DNA of 64,000 bases from NCBI GenBank assembly GCA_977030845.1, contig OZ365115.1, forward strand, positions 9,238,001 to 9,302,000. The letters run 5' to 3'. The notes under the pieces were generated by a model. That model searched no databases and was not told the DNA's origin. It worked only from the letters and a program-made list of their open reading frames with translations. Source of the stretch: Fimbriosthenelais zetlandica. Its lineage: Eukaryota. The translations under genes were made by a program, and so were the position numbers. Of this stretch, positions 51,971 through 64,000 are shown piece after piece. How positions within the stretch are numbered: the first letter of the stretch is position 1; each line of letters opens with the position of its first letter.

Positions 51971-53616
51971 ACTAACGCTAGCCATGTAATATGTTCTGTT
52001 ATAGCTGATTATTTAATGACACCGAGTTTGAGCCACTCAAGCCTGGGGCCTTGATATGCTCAGACCGGCTCACGGCAGACAGACACTCATCCTGGGGGGA
52101 GCTGCTCCTCTCCCTGATTGGGAAATTGACAGCATGGCTGAGGCATCTGAGCAGATGGACAAATTGTATTGTTATTGCTCGCGGATTAGATTAAAAACAC
52201 TACGCTCGACAGCCGTCCGAGAAAACTGGGCGAGGAGGAGGGAGAGGTAGGAGGAGGGAGGGAGGAGTGGGATGGGGTGTTTTAAGAATGCTTTCTTCCT
52301 TTTTTCCATCCAACCACATGGTAGGATCTGATAAAGGGGTTTATTTCTTTAGTATAGTGAAGCCAGTGACTCTATAGATTGGATTATGGAGGTAATACCA
52401 TCATAATGTATGATAGGAACACTGGCACTGTTACATCCTAACATCTATTACTGATATAGGTGTAGTAATGAAGAATATTAACAAGCATTTTTCTTTTATC
52501 AAGCCAGCAAGATTAAGACCAGAAATAGTGCAGGTTTCAAGCCATTGAGACCAAGACTATGGATTCCATCAGGCGCACTGAGTTCCCATTCATATCATCA
52601 CGTAGCGTTAAAACAACAGAAGATTTCCTTCTTATTTGACTCGGCAGTCTTTTTAAGGGAGTTTTATCAGTAGAATTGTGGCTGGGATGTATGGAGGGAG
52701 GGAGGGAGTGGAGGCCTGAGCTATCCAGAGATGGGGGAAGATTGGCCTATTGCCAATATGTTATTATCTGGTAATTCTCTGACCCAGAACATATTTCTAC
52801 CCAGCAGCCCACCCCCTCAGCTCTTGAGCCTGCTGACTACCTACAAATCCTGACTAGATAGATTATCCTGATCATCCATAGAGGGAGCTTGATGTTATTG
52901 ATCAATTAGTGCGCGTTTCCAGACACTGGGGTTCACAGCATGTTTTCACTTGTTTCATCATGCTAACGATGTGACTAATATAATTATGTGAATAATCCAT
53001 AATTTGAAAGCAATTTCTTACCAAAACACCTTAAATGAATTAAATATAATTATGGTGTATAGGATAGACCAAAAGCTGGGTATTAAAGGCTGAAAGTCTC
53101 ATTATATGAAGAGGCAATGAGAAACTACTCTTATGAAGGTTTTTGAGGTAAATATTATACGAGGTCATGTTTTCTTTAACGTACGTACGTTCTTCTGCAC
53201 AAAGTTATCATGATTTATCTTAAACATTATAATCACTATGACCGTAATTATACTAATAGCATATTCTGGTTATGGCTTCAAACCCCATGACAAATCCACG
53301 GTCCTATATACCAAGCCTAGAGCCACCTCTGCAGCGGTATCCATGCACACCTAGGCCTTCACCACTCGGTGTGATGTCCGACTGAGTCCACACAAAAACC
53401 CTCCTGTCAATGTACAGATCAATGGATTCAAGTGTATGGTTACCTAGAGAACAGCTGTTCCACGGCCTGGCCACGGGGTTACCCCTCAATAAGGCTACAA
53501 GCCCAACTGTATGAAATGAATGCAGTTCCCATATCTCAATATAAAAACTGATGTTAATCTAACAATATATGGGAATCCCCATCATGTTCATGTATATTGA
53601 TCTTTGTTTTCGGCCA

Positions 53617-53724
53617 GTTAAGTTATCTGTTCTTCTTTGGGAAGATAACATTGTGACAATGTATTCGACAGGTTAAGTTGATATCCGTATTTCTTTCTTG
53701 AGAAGATATCATTGTGACAATGTA
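53617..53724. repeat. Degenerate tandem duplication (period ~55-61 bp), each unit carrying the palindrome CATTGT-G-ACAATG
   Basis: gttaagtt...gaagataacattgtgacaatgta and gttaagtt...gaagatatcattgtgacaatgta; palindromes at 53649-53661 and 53710-53722. Confidence 0.8.
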
Positions 53725-56439
53725 GCATTGAGAGAATATGGACATTAGGTGAAAGACTAATCATAGAGCTTACATAGAGTCAGTTCGTTCCTCACACGTG
53801 TGGCTTGAGGTAATGGTTGAGGTAGGGTATAGCGTTTGAGGCTGCTTCCATGCCATCAGACGAGCTATCTCTCCTCCTCACCCATCCATCACCCGCTGAC
53901 AGCCCGGATTAAATATTTCCATTTGAGACATGTCAGCTCTTGACATTATTATCATACACCCGCTCAACCCACATGTCAATATAAAATTCAAGCTTTTGTC
54001 AGGGAAAATTTGCCTTCACTTCAAATACGCATTTCACTATAACGGGGGGAGGGATGGGGAGGAAAACAGAGACATGGGAAAGGCTTTTAGTAGGATAAAG
54101 CCTTATGTATGAGACCTAAACATTGAATTCATCAGTCCTCACCGATTCTCATGCAGCTTTGAGATCAAAAAGCTTTTTCTATCTGGTGGAAAATATTCAT
54201 TGGTGTTGTAAATGACCCGGAGCCAGAAATAATTGATCATCCCTGTATTTATTCATCTATATTTCTCTCGAATTTTATTCAGATATTCACAGAACCATTT
54301 ATTGTTTCTCTCATCAAAGTGAGGTATAGCTTGACCTCGATCAGTGGCATTTAAACAGAAAACAGCAGTGATGTATGGGACAATTTTCAGGTTGGTAGAA
54401 TCGTTTAAAACATGAGGCAGTGAAGGGTTTTTTTCTCAGCCGCCAGGTTCAAGCCCGAGGCAGGGTCGTCAGCTTTTGGCTTGAGAGGTTGGAGATGGAG
54501 GTTGCCAATCATTTGTCCTTCCCTAAACCTCTCAAAAACAGCTGTTGGGCCTAAAGCCCCCTCCCTCCCCTATACCTCTCCCCCACCCCATCATCCACCC
54601 ACTGCTGTTACAGTATTACCTCACCCATCCCACATTCACATTGGTCAGGCTTGTATTTACTGAGAGGAAGCCTGTTAATATTAGACAAAATAAACATCAC
54701 AATTTTATTTGCCAGCAGTTTGAAAATACACAAACGAGTTGCATCACTCTGACTGGAGGGATCCGGCAGAGAGGTGACTGAAAGGAGGGCTTGTATTTTT
54801 AAGTGAATACAAACATAGCATGTAATCCATTTTTAAATGGATTTGCTCTCAGGGATTCGGTAGGCCTATGATCCTAATCAATTTTAATTAGGGTGAATTT
54901 TTGATTCTTAATTAACCATGCAATTCCATAATTGCTTTCCAAAGTTGGTGAGACAAGGATTTCGGATAATTCTTTCAGGATCATCTTTATGTTGTCTATC
55001 TTTCATATCTTATTATATGGTGGCGAGGAATTTTGAGGTACACTTCATATAAAGCATTATAGTAATACATATGATAAATAATTAATAAACTGATGAAAGG
55101 GTAAGAACAGGTCAATTTTAGGTTAATGAACTTAATACTAAGATATAATCATCAAGAGATTTAGCTCTACATGCAATATGCTTTGTTGGGATAACCAACA
55201 GTAATAAGCCTTCCAATGGATTTGTATTGATCATTAAATACCACACAAACATTCTAATTACACAGTACATCCAGTGGCTGTAGACTAAGCATATATATAG
55301 TTCATTTATATATATGGTTTATTTTATAAGTGTGTCACTTTGTTGATCTAGCTGCTGATCTATTTTATAGGGGCCATATATCTGTCATACAATTATGAAC
55401 ATGAATCCAGATATATGACAGGTAAAAAGGAGTTCATAATTAAAATTAGTGGCAGAAATATCGGCAGCAAATATTTAAGTGTTTTCAACTAAGGACTTAT
55501 AACCAAAAAACTATTTATTTCAATATTGAAAGTGCATTTAAGTTGCTTATCAGGTGCACAGGTAGGCATGAGTGGACAAGTTTCAACACGTCTGTATTTA
55601 CCTACTAATATCTCAAGTCCTTTTAATATGTCTGGGTAAACTCCATCCCAGGCCATTATGATCTCCTTATAAATAACAGAGATAAGGTTTAGTGTTATAC
55701 AGTCTCATACTTTATCATCAGATGATAAGAGCGATGCATGCTAATGGACAGTGAGCTAGAGGAGTGCTTCTGTATATATAACTGCGATGTGACATATGTG
55801 GCTGAAAGGTGGACAAAATATATTTAGCTATCAATCAGATCTTAATATTATACTTCCTTGATATTTTTCTGATAACAATTACAGCAAATGTAGACTCCTT
55901 ATATGATTAAATATGATATAGAATAATTCATTTACAGTTCATATTCTAACATTATAAGTACCCTAACCAAAGTATTTATCTTCAAAGTTTGTAAAATTGA
56001 GGATGGACAACCTATCCCATCGCTCTTATCTTGGATGCAAATCATTCTTAGATGATTGAGGTGGGGGCGTTTTGTCATTTAGTGAGGTGATCTCACTAGA
56101 TATTTGGGATGATAAGCAGATATTCCCTCAGCTGATGTCAGGATACCTTGATATTGTGACCCATTTTAACAACTTTTCTGACGTATATCTGCCATTTTCG
56201 ACAGAAATAAAATAGCGAAATATAAGAGATTGGAGCCTTAAATCCCTTTCATGGAAATACATAGCAAACTTCTTTAACAATTACTCTGGTGTCATTTTAT
56301 TTTGACTGACTGCAAATATTCATTGAGTAATGCTTATTAATGGGGGTACCCGAATGAAGCCAGACATTTGGGGTATTACCGAATGCCTCCGGGCTGCCTA
56401 CATGTGTGGGCACAAGTTCAGGTGTGTGCCGTCAGGTGT

Positions 56440-56845
56440 GGCGCCCCCTCTTGTAAGGTCCTTGAACTAAAACCGCCAGGGGGCATGGGCGGGGGATTTT
56501 CCCGTCGGCACGAGTGAAAAATGGCATAGTAAAATCACCAAATGTGTATACCCTCCAAAAAGGACGGCACAAATTTGGATTTGTGAGATCAAAACAGATA
56601 ACAAGCAGAGTCAGTCTTGAAACATGGAAATTGTTACTCCAAAGGCTAAAATATTACTTTATATTGAGGCCTATGGTAAGGGGTCCATCACCAGGTAAAT
56701 TGAAAGTGAAATTACCTGAGAAAATACCATTACGTAAGCCCTTTTAACCACGGGGTCATATTAGAGGTGGGCATGCGCAGTCAATATTTGTTCGGCGGCC
56801 GCCTCCACTTCCGGTGGCCTGGCGGGCCGTGTTGTGAAAATGGAG
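56440..56845. promoter_or_regulatory. GC-rich block with CTCF-like, NRF1-like, ETS and YY1-like motifs
   Basis: CCGCCAGGGGGCA (56473-56485), GCATGCGCA (56771-56779), ACTTCCGG (56807-56814), AAAATGG (56837-56843). Confidence 0.4.
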
Positions 56846-57386
56846 GAGTGTAATATAAGGTTAATAGTGTGTTATACAATTACCCCGCCTCCAAACAAGT
56901 TTACCAGGAAATTACCCACCCATGCCTCGGGTCAGCCTCTGGTATTGGCTATTCATAGACAAGATGCAAATTTACATACAAGTATATATGAAATGAAGGA
57001 ATCAGAACTTTCTCTTCAGTATTATTCTATGGATGCATTATTCGCATATAAACTGCATGTGTTGGATGAATGAGGAATGAGTTGGTTCTCCACTTCTGAG
57101 ATTTTGCTTGCGACACCACAGCGACAAAGATATCGCAATGAAATTATCAGTAGAGGACAGTCCAAAGGCCTTGGGAAATTTTATTTCGTAAGTCCCATAT
57201 AACTGAACATAATGGATTCAAGTTTGAACAGTTTACATATCACACATCCTTGCCTGTGACTTGGGCAAACAGCCAGGAGAGCACTCAGGTCTGGTCACTA
57301 TCTGAGCCCGTCTCACCGGTAGTTTCATGGTCAGTATCAGCTGCTGACCATTAGTGACACCTGCCACAGCCTTGGGTGGAGAAGAC

Positions 57387-57420
57387 GGGGTGGGGGGGGG
57401 GGGGGGGGGGGGGGTGGGGG
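57387..57420 (+). repeat. G4 T G23 T G5 homopolymer tract
   Basis: Direct reading; the run length may be unreliable in an assembly. Confidence 0.85.
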
Positions 57421-58444
57421 TGCCCGTGTATAAGGGCCCCGAGGGCTATTGTACATGTAGGCACACTTGGGTGGATATTGACCATGTACACAGCGGCACA
57501 AGGTATGCTATCATCATCACATTCAGAACAAAATTGTCAGACACTTGTATTTATGGCTTCCTCAAAATCAGAGGTGATTATAGATACATAATATACACAT
57601 AGAGTATTGCAATATCGCTCGAAGCATGAACATGAAATGTTGCAATACCATTTGTTCAGTGAATGGAGGTTAAACACAATTTTTCCAGTTTCAAAGTCAT
57701 TGCAAAAGGGGAATACCTAAAATAATCCAATTTCTTGCGTGTGATTTTTTGTCAAAGGACCGTAATCATGAAGCCTATTTCACAGCATGCATTCCATCGG
57801 ATAATAAATTTCTCTCTGGGCTGAATAGGTAGTAGTTCCTTCTTTTGAGACATGCCCTGATGTGCGTATTTGTAAATGTATTAAAATTAAAATTAAAATC
57901 ATTATATATGATCCTTTGATATTTTACATGCATATTGACCCCCCTGCTATCAATGACATGCTGATATAATCTATTAGGATGTATATCAAGAGCACCTGCC
58001 GCATGCCAGCCATGCAGCCTAAATATAGAAGTTGGCTTGGATTTGAAATCGGCAGCATTTTCAGGTGTTGCTAAGTGAGTGACACACCTATGAGATATAT
58101 AGGCAGGTGTGAGGTGGGACTTAATGTGGGTATTAGACCTGCGTGTGCTGGGTGTACCTGTGAAAGCATAATGTTTAGCAGACACAGGCAGATCTCTGCC
58201 CCCAAAGGGGATCTGGCCCGCGACCAGAGCCGGGGAGACAGGGCCAAGGTTAAGATAATGGAGTCTTGTCACACGACCATTGTAACAAGGAGATGATGGG
58301 AGGTGGTGGTGGGGGCGAGGTGGTTAAATTCCCAATACACTTAAACAGCCCTTGACCCCTACCCCCGCATCATGTACCTGGGCTCACAGGTGAATTCTGG
58401 TTGACAAGTTTCTCATAAAGTCTACGAGCTTTGACCAAGGCATC

Positions 58445-58857
58445 AGTAGTATAGGGAATGGAGATTTGGGGGTATCAGGGCGTGTGAGTAGTATGTAGAA
58501 ATGGGGACTTTTACATGGTAAACCTTGTACATTTCAAACATAACCAACTTTATGCCGTAACCAAAGGGTACGTACACGTAGTATAGGGAAATGGGAGTAT
58601 TTGGATGTGAGTAGTGTAAAGAAATGGCGAATTGTGTATGGCTCCCCAAAAGAGGATCAATTTATAGAATGAAAATGCATGCTTAAAACCAAAGGGAAAG
58701 AAGTATAGGAAAATGGTTCTTTGGGGCAGTAGTATAGGGAAAAGAGGAATCTTTGATGGGATACATTTCATACAATACCTTATCGATACCTTATGCAAAG
58801 CCAGGGGGATATAATGGTTATTTGTGGCAGTTGAATCTGAGTAGTGTACGAAGATGG
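58445..58857 (+). repeat. Degenerate tandem repeat with seven copies of an AGTAGTRTA...GAAATGG motif
   Basis: Copies start at 58445, 58487, 58578, 58610, 58702, 58728 and 58840. AACCAAAGGG recurs near 58559 and 58687, suggesting a ~125-130 bp higher-order unit. Confidence 0.7.
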
Positions 58858-61798
58858 GTAATAGCAAATGGCAATTCCAAGACAAGGATATCACCTTAAC
58901 ATATCTGCCTTCAATTTATGCTTTGTCATAGGACTATTTCCACAAGTTGGGCTTTCACCAACATCCAGTTTTTCTGGCAATCACATGCCACATACACACA
59001 CACCCCGACTTAATACATAACTAAGCCAACGACTTAAGTCAGTCTATCAACCTACAACTGTAGGTTCATGTGCCAAGCTAAGCCCATGGTTGCTTAGCAC
59101 TAAGCTAACCGATGCAAAATGTTAAATCCCCCCTAGCTGGCTTGTGCTGTGTAAGGTTGGAGGACCAAAACAGGCGCACACTGGTCAAATATTGTGTCGG
59201 GGGTGGGGCGGGGGTAAGAGGTTGAGGGGGCGAGTGGGGGTGCATGGCTGGGGTGGAATTGTGGGCGCACAACAACTGTTCAAACAAGGCGTCCACTGTT
59301 TGCCTTAACAAGGCTTATTAGTGGGAAGGCAAAGGGGGATATGGGACTCATTTTCACCTGGGAACCATGGGCCTAAAAGCCACTGAGTGTGACTCCAGCC
59401 GCGCCGGGAAGGCTATATTATAATGTTATCGCCTTAAAATAAATGGTAATGACCAATATGACAGAAATAACTGAGAAACAACGTTCTCTAGCATTGACAT
59501 GTTTTTTGGGTGTTGGCGTTGTGGCACTCATTACCTTTAAGTGTCCCTGAGAGCTATTTCCACGAAGGACAACCCACACAGCCTCATGGCTTCACCCAAA
59601 TCCCCGCGGGATTTCCCAAGTGTCAATCTCCCCATCCGCTGAAAGACCCAGCGCGACAAATATCCACCATTTTAACAGCTCGCGAATAGCAGACTTTTCT
59701 TAAAGGAAAATGTCCGTCACCTTTTATAAATAGAGATTGCAACAAGTGTGTTTTACACCCGGAGAGAAAGAAATCTCGATGAAAAAACGAGATCTCGTGT
59801 GTGTAGTGGGATATTAGCGATAATAGGGGCAAATGTCATAGACGCCTAGGTTAAAACCCCAGCGCCACCTTGGCCGCGACTTCATGTCGATAATATTGAC
59901 CCATCTTTTCCCTCAGACACCTCAGGTCCAACCCCTAATGATTTTACAAATGAAAAATCTATAGAATTGGTGAAATGTGTGTTTAAATACCGCCTCGGCA
60001 CGGCTCCCGCCACTGATCGGTCACGCTATGGCGGACTGAAGGGGTAGTGCTTCCAAGGTGGTTCCCCTCACTCAATCTATCCCAACACTGTCCATTATAC
60101 CCCCACCCACCCCCTACTAACCCCATAGCCCTTATTCACACACCACTACACACTAACATACAGGTAAATGATACTCAAAATTAAAATATTAGTCTGCAAT
60201 TTTTTTTACAATAATTATTTGTTATCTTTACATGGGGTATACAGCTGGAGGAATTTTTCGTTAAGGAGAATTCAAAAGTGAATTATTTGCATACATAAAC
60301 AAAATATGCTCGTATATGCTCATAGTTTAATTAAAGTTTGGGGGTTGATATTTTCGCTGGATTCATTTAGGTATAAAGTAGGTCAGTTGGGTGAGCAGTA
60401 GAACTTGCTCGGCCTCAGTGTTTTGCAGTTGGACACGCAATAGTGTAGCTCAACCACCCATCCCTTCCCCCCACAACCTCACCCTCCTCACCCACCCCTT
60501 CCTCCCCCTCCTCAATCATGTAAAATATTCAAAACATCAATTATCTCTCTAGTCTAGTGTACGCTTAACATGCTATCGTATCAGTTAGCAGGCCTGAATC
60601 TTTTATTATGAATCAGGATGCATTCACAAAATTTTCATCAGCGCACTTAAAGGGTTAATTTGGCTCAATTGAAACTAAAACTTTTTATCTGAAATTCTTC
60701 TTGTATTCTATATAGGTAAAGGCAATTGCTGGTGTAGGTGTTAATATTTTTTGTAATTATTTTTGATATGTTGAAGTAACACCTTCACTGCCAATTGTGG
60801 CGTCAATAATCAATTGCCAATTGCCTCTCATCATTCCGCTCAGATGTCATTTATATAGTCCTATATGAGAACATCAAATGGATATATGTAGCAGCAGTGG
60901 GTAGAGATAAACATCAATATTAGGATTTCCAATATTTCATTTTATCATTCTCTCACCCAAAATCGATGCTGGCCCTCAGGCTCAGCGGTCTTCACTTGGC
61001 TGGCGTTCAGGTGATGGCGAGGCAAGACTGGCTTCTTCAATTTCCCTTATACCAAATGAGCAAACAGAACAATGTGAGGGCTTTAGAAGAGGTCCCCTTA
61101 GGGGCTGGGGGAAAAGCGGAGTAGGGGGGTGTCTAAGGACCATCCCCGCGCTGGGAATCACTGCGAGAAAAGTCCTACATGAACGCAGTGCTCAGTGGCT
61201 GGGGCTGTAGTGAATGACTTCAAACAACGCTCTCAAGGCGCATCTTCACGCGACACACCCAGCCCTGTTTATATGTCTTTTTCACCTACAAAAAGGGGGA
61301 TCTTCCCCATTGGAAGCATTCTAAATATAGTTCAAACAAACGGGGTTTATGTGTGGTTTGTAGGTATTTGGACGAGTGAGGGGCTGAGTTGGGAGGAGAG
61401 GGCGAAGAAGAAAAGGGCCTAAAGATCTAGATTCAGGGGGATCCAATCGGCGGGGCTGTTGAAAAGCAGGCGCCATGGCGAGAAATAACTACATGACACC
61501 AATTTCCAATTTCTAACAAATCTATTCTCGACCCCCGCTGGCCATTTTAGCAAGGGACCTTATGGGTGTTGACATAAATGGGGAAAAGAAATTCCCTCTC
61601 TGTGGGAATGACTCGAGGGCCGTGGGGGTAGAAGAGGGGAATGTTGGATAGGGAGGAAGACAGGCAAAAGCGCGAGAATCTTTCACAGGGGCAAGCACAT
61701 GACTGCCTCTAGCTCGACACTGCATGGAACGTGTGCGCAGGTCAGTGGAAAGTCGTGAGTCATGCTTCTAAAAGGGGGAGATGTATGGAGAGAGAGAA

Positions 61799-61801
<3 letters not shown>

Positions 61802-61870
<69 letters not shown>
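61802..61870 (+). repeat. (GA)~34 microsatellite
   Basis: Perfect GA dinucleotide run of 69 nt. Confidence 0.97.
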
Positions 61871-61875
<5 letters not shown>

Positions 61876-64000
61876 TGGGCGGGGGAGGAAGATGAGAGAG
61901 TCATTCAATTAGATGTGTCGCCAAGAGAACATCGTCAATCCCATAATAGTCTCATAACAATATGGAGTCAGGGAAAGAAGTGTCCTAAACAGGAAGCAAT
62001 AGTGACTGGTCTACCAAGACGACAACACAGACAAAAGTGCATGACCTCTTGTGTTTTTACACAAACACTTGTTTCTTTTTCGATGTATGGATATTTTGAA
62101 TTGCCCTTTGGACTGTAGGACCAATGCCTTTAGGTGACTTTCAGGCATTTGCTTGCAGACAAACAATCCTAGATCTTCACACCTAAAGGCAATTCATCAA
62201 GGCTTTAACTAACGTTCAATTAAGCATCGCTAAGTGACCACAAGCTGCATGCCTCTCTTATACGGTCATCGGGCCGCTCTCAGTAAGATAGATGACCACT
62301 CGGGGGACACTGCCTTGTCCCATGTCCCAAAACAGGTACCTTCTCATCCTCTTCAATAAACATTAAGTAAACACGGCCAACGTTAGAAACGTGTACAAAT
62401 GAATACGTTTCCCTTTTAAATAAATACATAACATTATCCTTTACCATTGCATCTGTTCTTTATAGGGATATTTGGGTGTTGCTTGCATTACGTTTTGTGA
62501 CCATCATAAACTTGGGTCGTTGATGGGGAGATAGGGACGCGAGCTGAGACATCAACATCTCAGTTTTCATTATGTGCATATGGGCAGGGCGACAGGAAAA
62601 GTGGAATGGGATATTAATGTTAACTGTGTGCCTTGGCTGAACACTATCCGAGCATGCCTTGTAGCCTCCTGCATAACCAAGCAGCGCCACAAGTGGACGG
62701 CGGGCGAGTGAGCCTATCATGTGGCATATTCAGGTGTATATACACCATCTTGGTCCAATGTTGTATACTGCAGTGAGTGGAGAGAGATCCTTTACACCCT
62801 GGATTTGGCTTCAGGTAATGAACTAGGTATGTGTACATATCCCTGTTACTTCCAGTGGAAGATAAAAGTCTTACAAATATGATAAAAATATCAGAATACC
62901 TATATCGAATTCATTCTTCTTTGTTGGGGAAAAGTAAATAGCCAGTGCAAGAAGATACGAATTTTAGTGCCAGGTACTCTTGAGACATCAAATAAACAAA
63001 TGCCTTACATTTGAGTTTCAGTTATAAACGTATTTATTAAGGATCTAGACAAAAGCAGATGTTAATACGAGGTCTCTAGTCTCGTTTGCGAGCCATTGGG
63101 TTAAAATTAGGCTAAAACCCATTCTCACTTTTCACCTTCACCCTTGCTAACCCACTCCCATGCCACACCTGAGATGTAAGTAAACACTGATCCCTCCCTC
63201 ACCCCCTCCACCGCCCACCAATCCCCCAACCCCACCTCTCTCCCTCGTCAAATTAAAAGCCCAGCAGAGAGCCCCCCTTTTACACATGGTTGTCAGAATG
63301 TTGGTTTTAGCTCTAGTTAAACATACGCTCACCAGGTGGGAGGGTGTTCGGCGGAGGACACGTGCCGCACTCGTAGCACCTTTCAATATCCATGAAGCTG
63401 CATTAACATTCAATATCAAACCCCAAATTAATTCATCCAACACTTGTCATGATATTTACAGAAAACGTGCCATCCCCCCATTAGGAATCCGAGTATTAAT
63501 TATTAATCGACTTATTTTAAATATCAATTCCTTTAACAATTATTGAGCTTGTACAAATATTGGACCTTTTCAAACACACATTTTTATATGAATTGCATAG
63601 TTTGTGCAGGATATTTTGAACTAGTCGAGAGTTTGGTTTCCTTAAATTAATTGCTGAATATTATAAACTATCCTGGATGTTTTTAAGAATGTCCCTCATA
63701 ACTATGTAATGATGAAATATTGTGGTTGTTTTGAGTAGGAGGAAAATATTCATTGAATAGTGGTGAGAGGTTGAAGTATGGGGGTCAGAGATTGGGGGTT
63801 CAGGGGGGAGACCCGAGTTTGACAAAGAGAGGAAAGAGCCTGGCCGAGTCAGCGACAGGTAGCCTTGTCCCCCTGACGGCTTGATCAAACACTATGCATC
63901 ATATGCCAGGATTAACACGGCCCCGCTCCTGTATATTCATGAGCGGGAAACAACAGGCCCCGACCCTGTATGAATAAATTACCTCCCCTTTATTTTTCTT

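Larger units (their letters stand above)
13378..64000 (-). other. Large Onecut intron (>50 kb) between the CUT-domain exon, inferred to lie beyond the window, and the homeodomain exons
   Basis: Both homeodomain exons need an upstream phase-1 donor. No CUT-like ORF (e.g. SQGTLSDLLRNPKPW) appears in the ORF track, and nothing else in the interval translates to a recognisable protein. Confidence 0.7.

Noticed and set aside
53608-53634. U2 snRNA-like words (TTCGGCC...TATCTGTTCTT)
   Set aside because: Only an 11-nt match; no GTAGTA branch-pairing motif, Sm site or U2 stem-loops. It is part of the local tandem duplication.
58445-58857. Repeat-spacer pattern superficially like a CRISPR array
   Set aside because: Eukaryotic context, highly degenerate repeats, irregular spacing (26-112 bp), mutually similar spacers and no cas genes.
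13378-64000. Window-wide enrichment of Onecut autoregulatory ATCAAT/ATTGAT words
   Set aside because: Dozens are expected by chance in AT-rich DNA of this length; I saw no clear clustering.

Overview
Animal genomic DNA, not prokaryotic; an invertebrate deuterostome such as an echinoderm is suspected from sequence style only. Bases 240-2505 hold a mixed-strand cluster of seven intact tRNA genes (Pro-AGG, Gln-CTG, His-GTG, intron-containing Tyr-GTA, Pro-TGG, Cys-GCA, Glu-TTC) interspersed with CTCF-like motifs. At about 4.5-5.3 kb there are two CpG-rich, promoter-like blocks, each ending in a minus-strand CCAAG|GT donor; these are probably first exons of a neighbouring gene. The only recognisable protein-coding sequence is a minus-strand ONECUT/HNF6 homeobox gene. 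Unusually, it has TWO complete linker+homeodomain terminal exons in tandem (13377-13064 and 12166-11874). Each has its own phase-1 TTTGCAG acceptor, intact frame and stop. They differ at many synonymous sites but few amino acids, so both look constrained. No CUT-domain exon is visible, so 13378-64000 is most simply one intron of more than 50 kb. That stretch contains candidate cis-regulatory modules (TAATCC cluster, paired Sox sites, IR3 nuclear-receptor element, CTCF-like groups), a ~125-bp inverted-repeat pair, a degenerate tandem repeat, microsatellites and G-tracts. The best candidate for a novel system is homeodomain swapping in Onecut by alternative 3' splice-site choice. All counts were made by eye, chance expectations are rough estimates assuming ~40% GC, and no database search was run.
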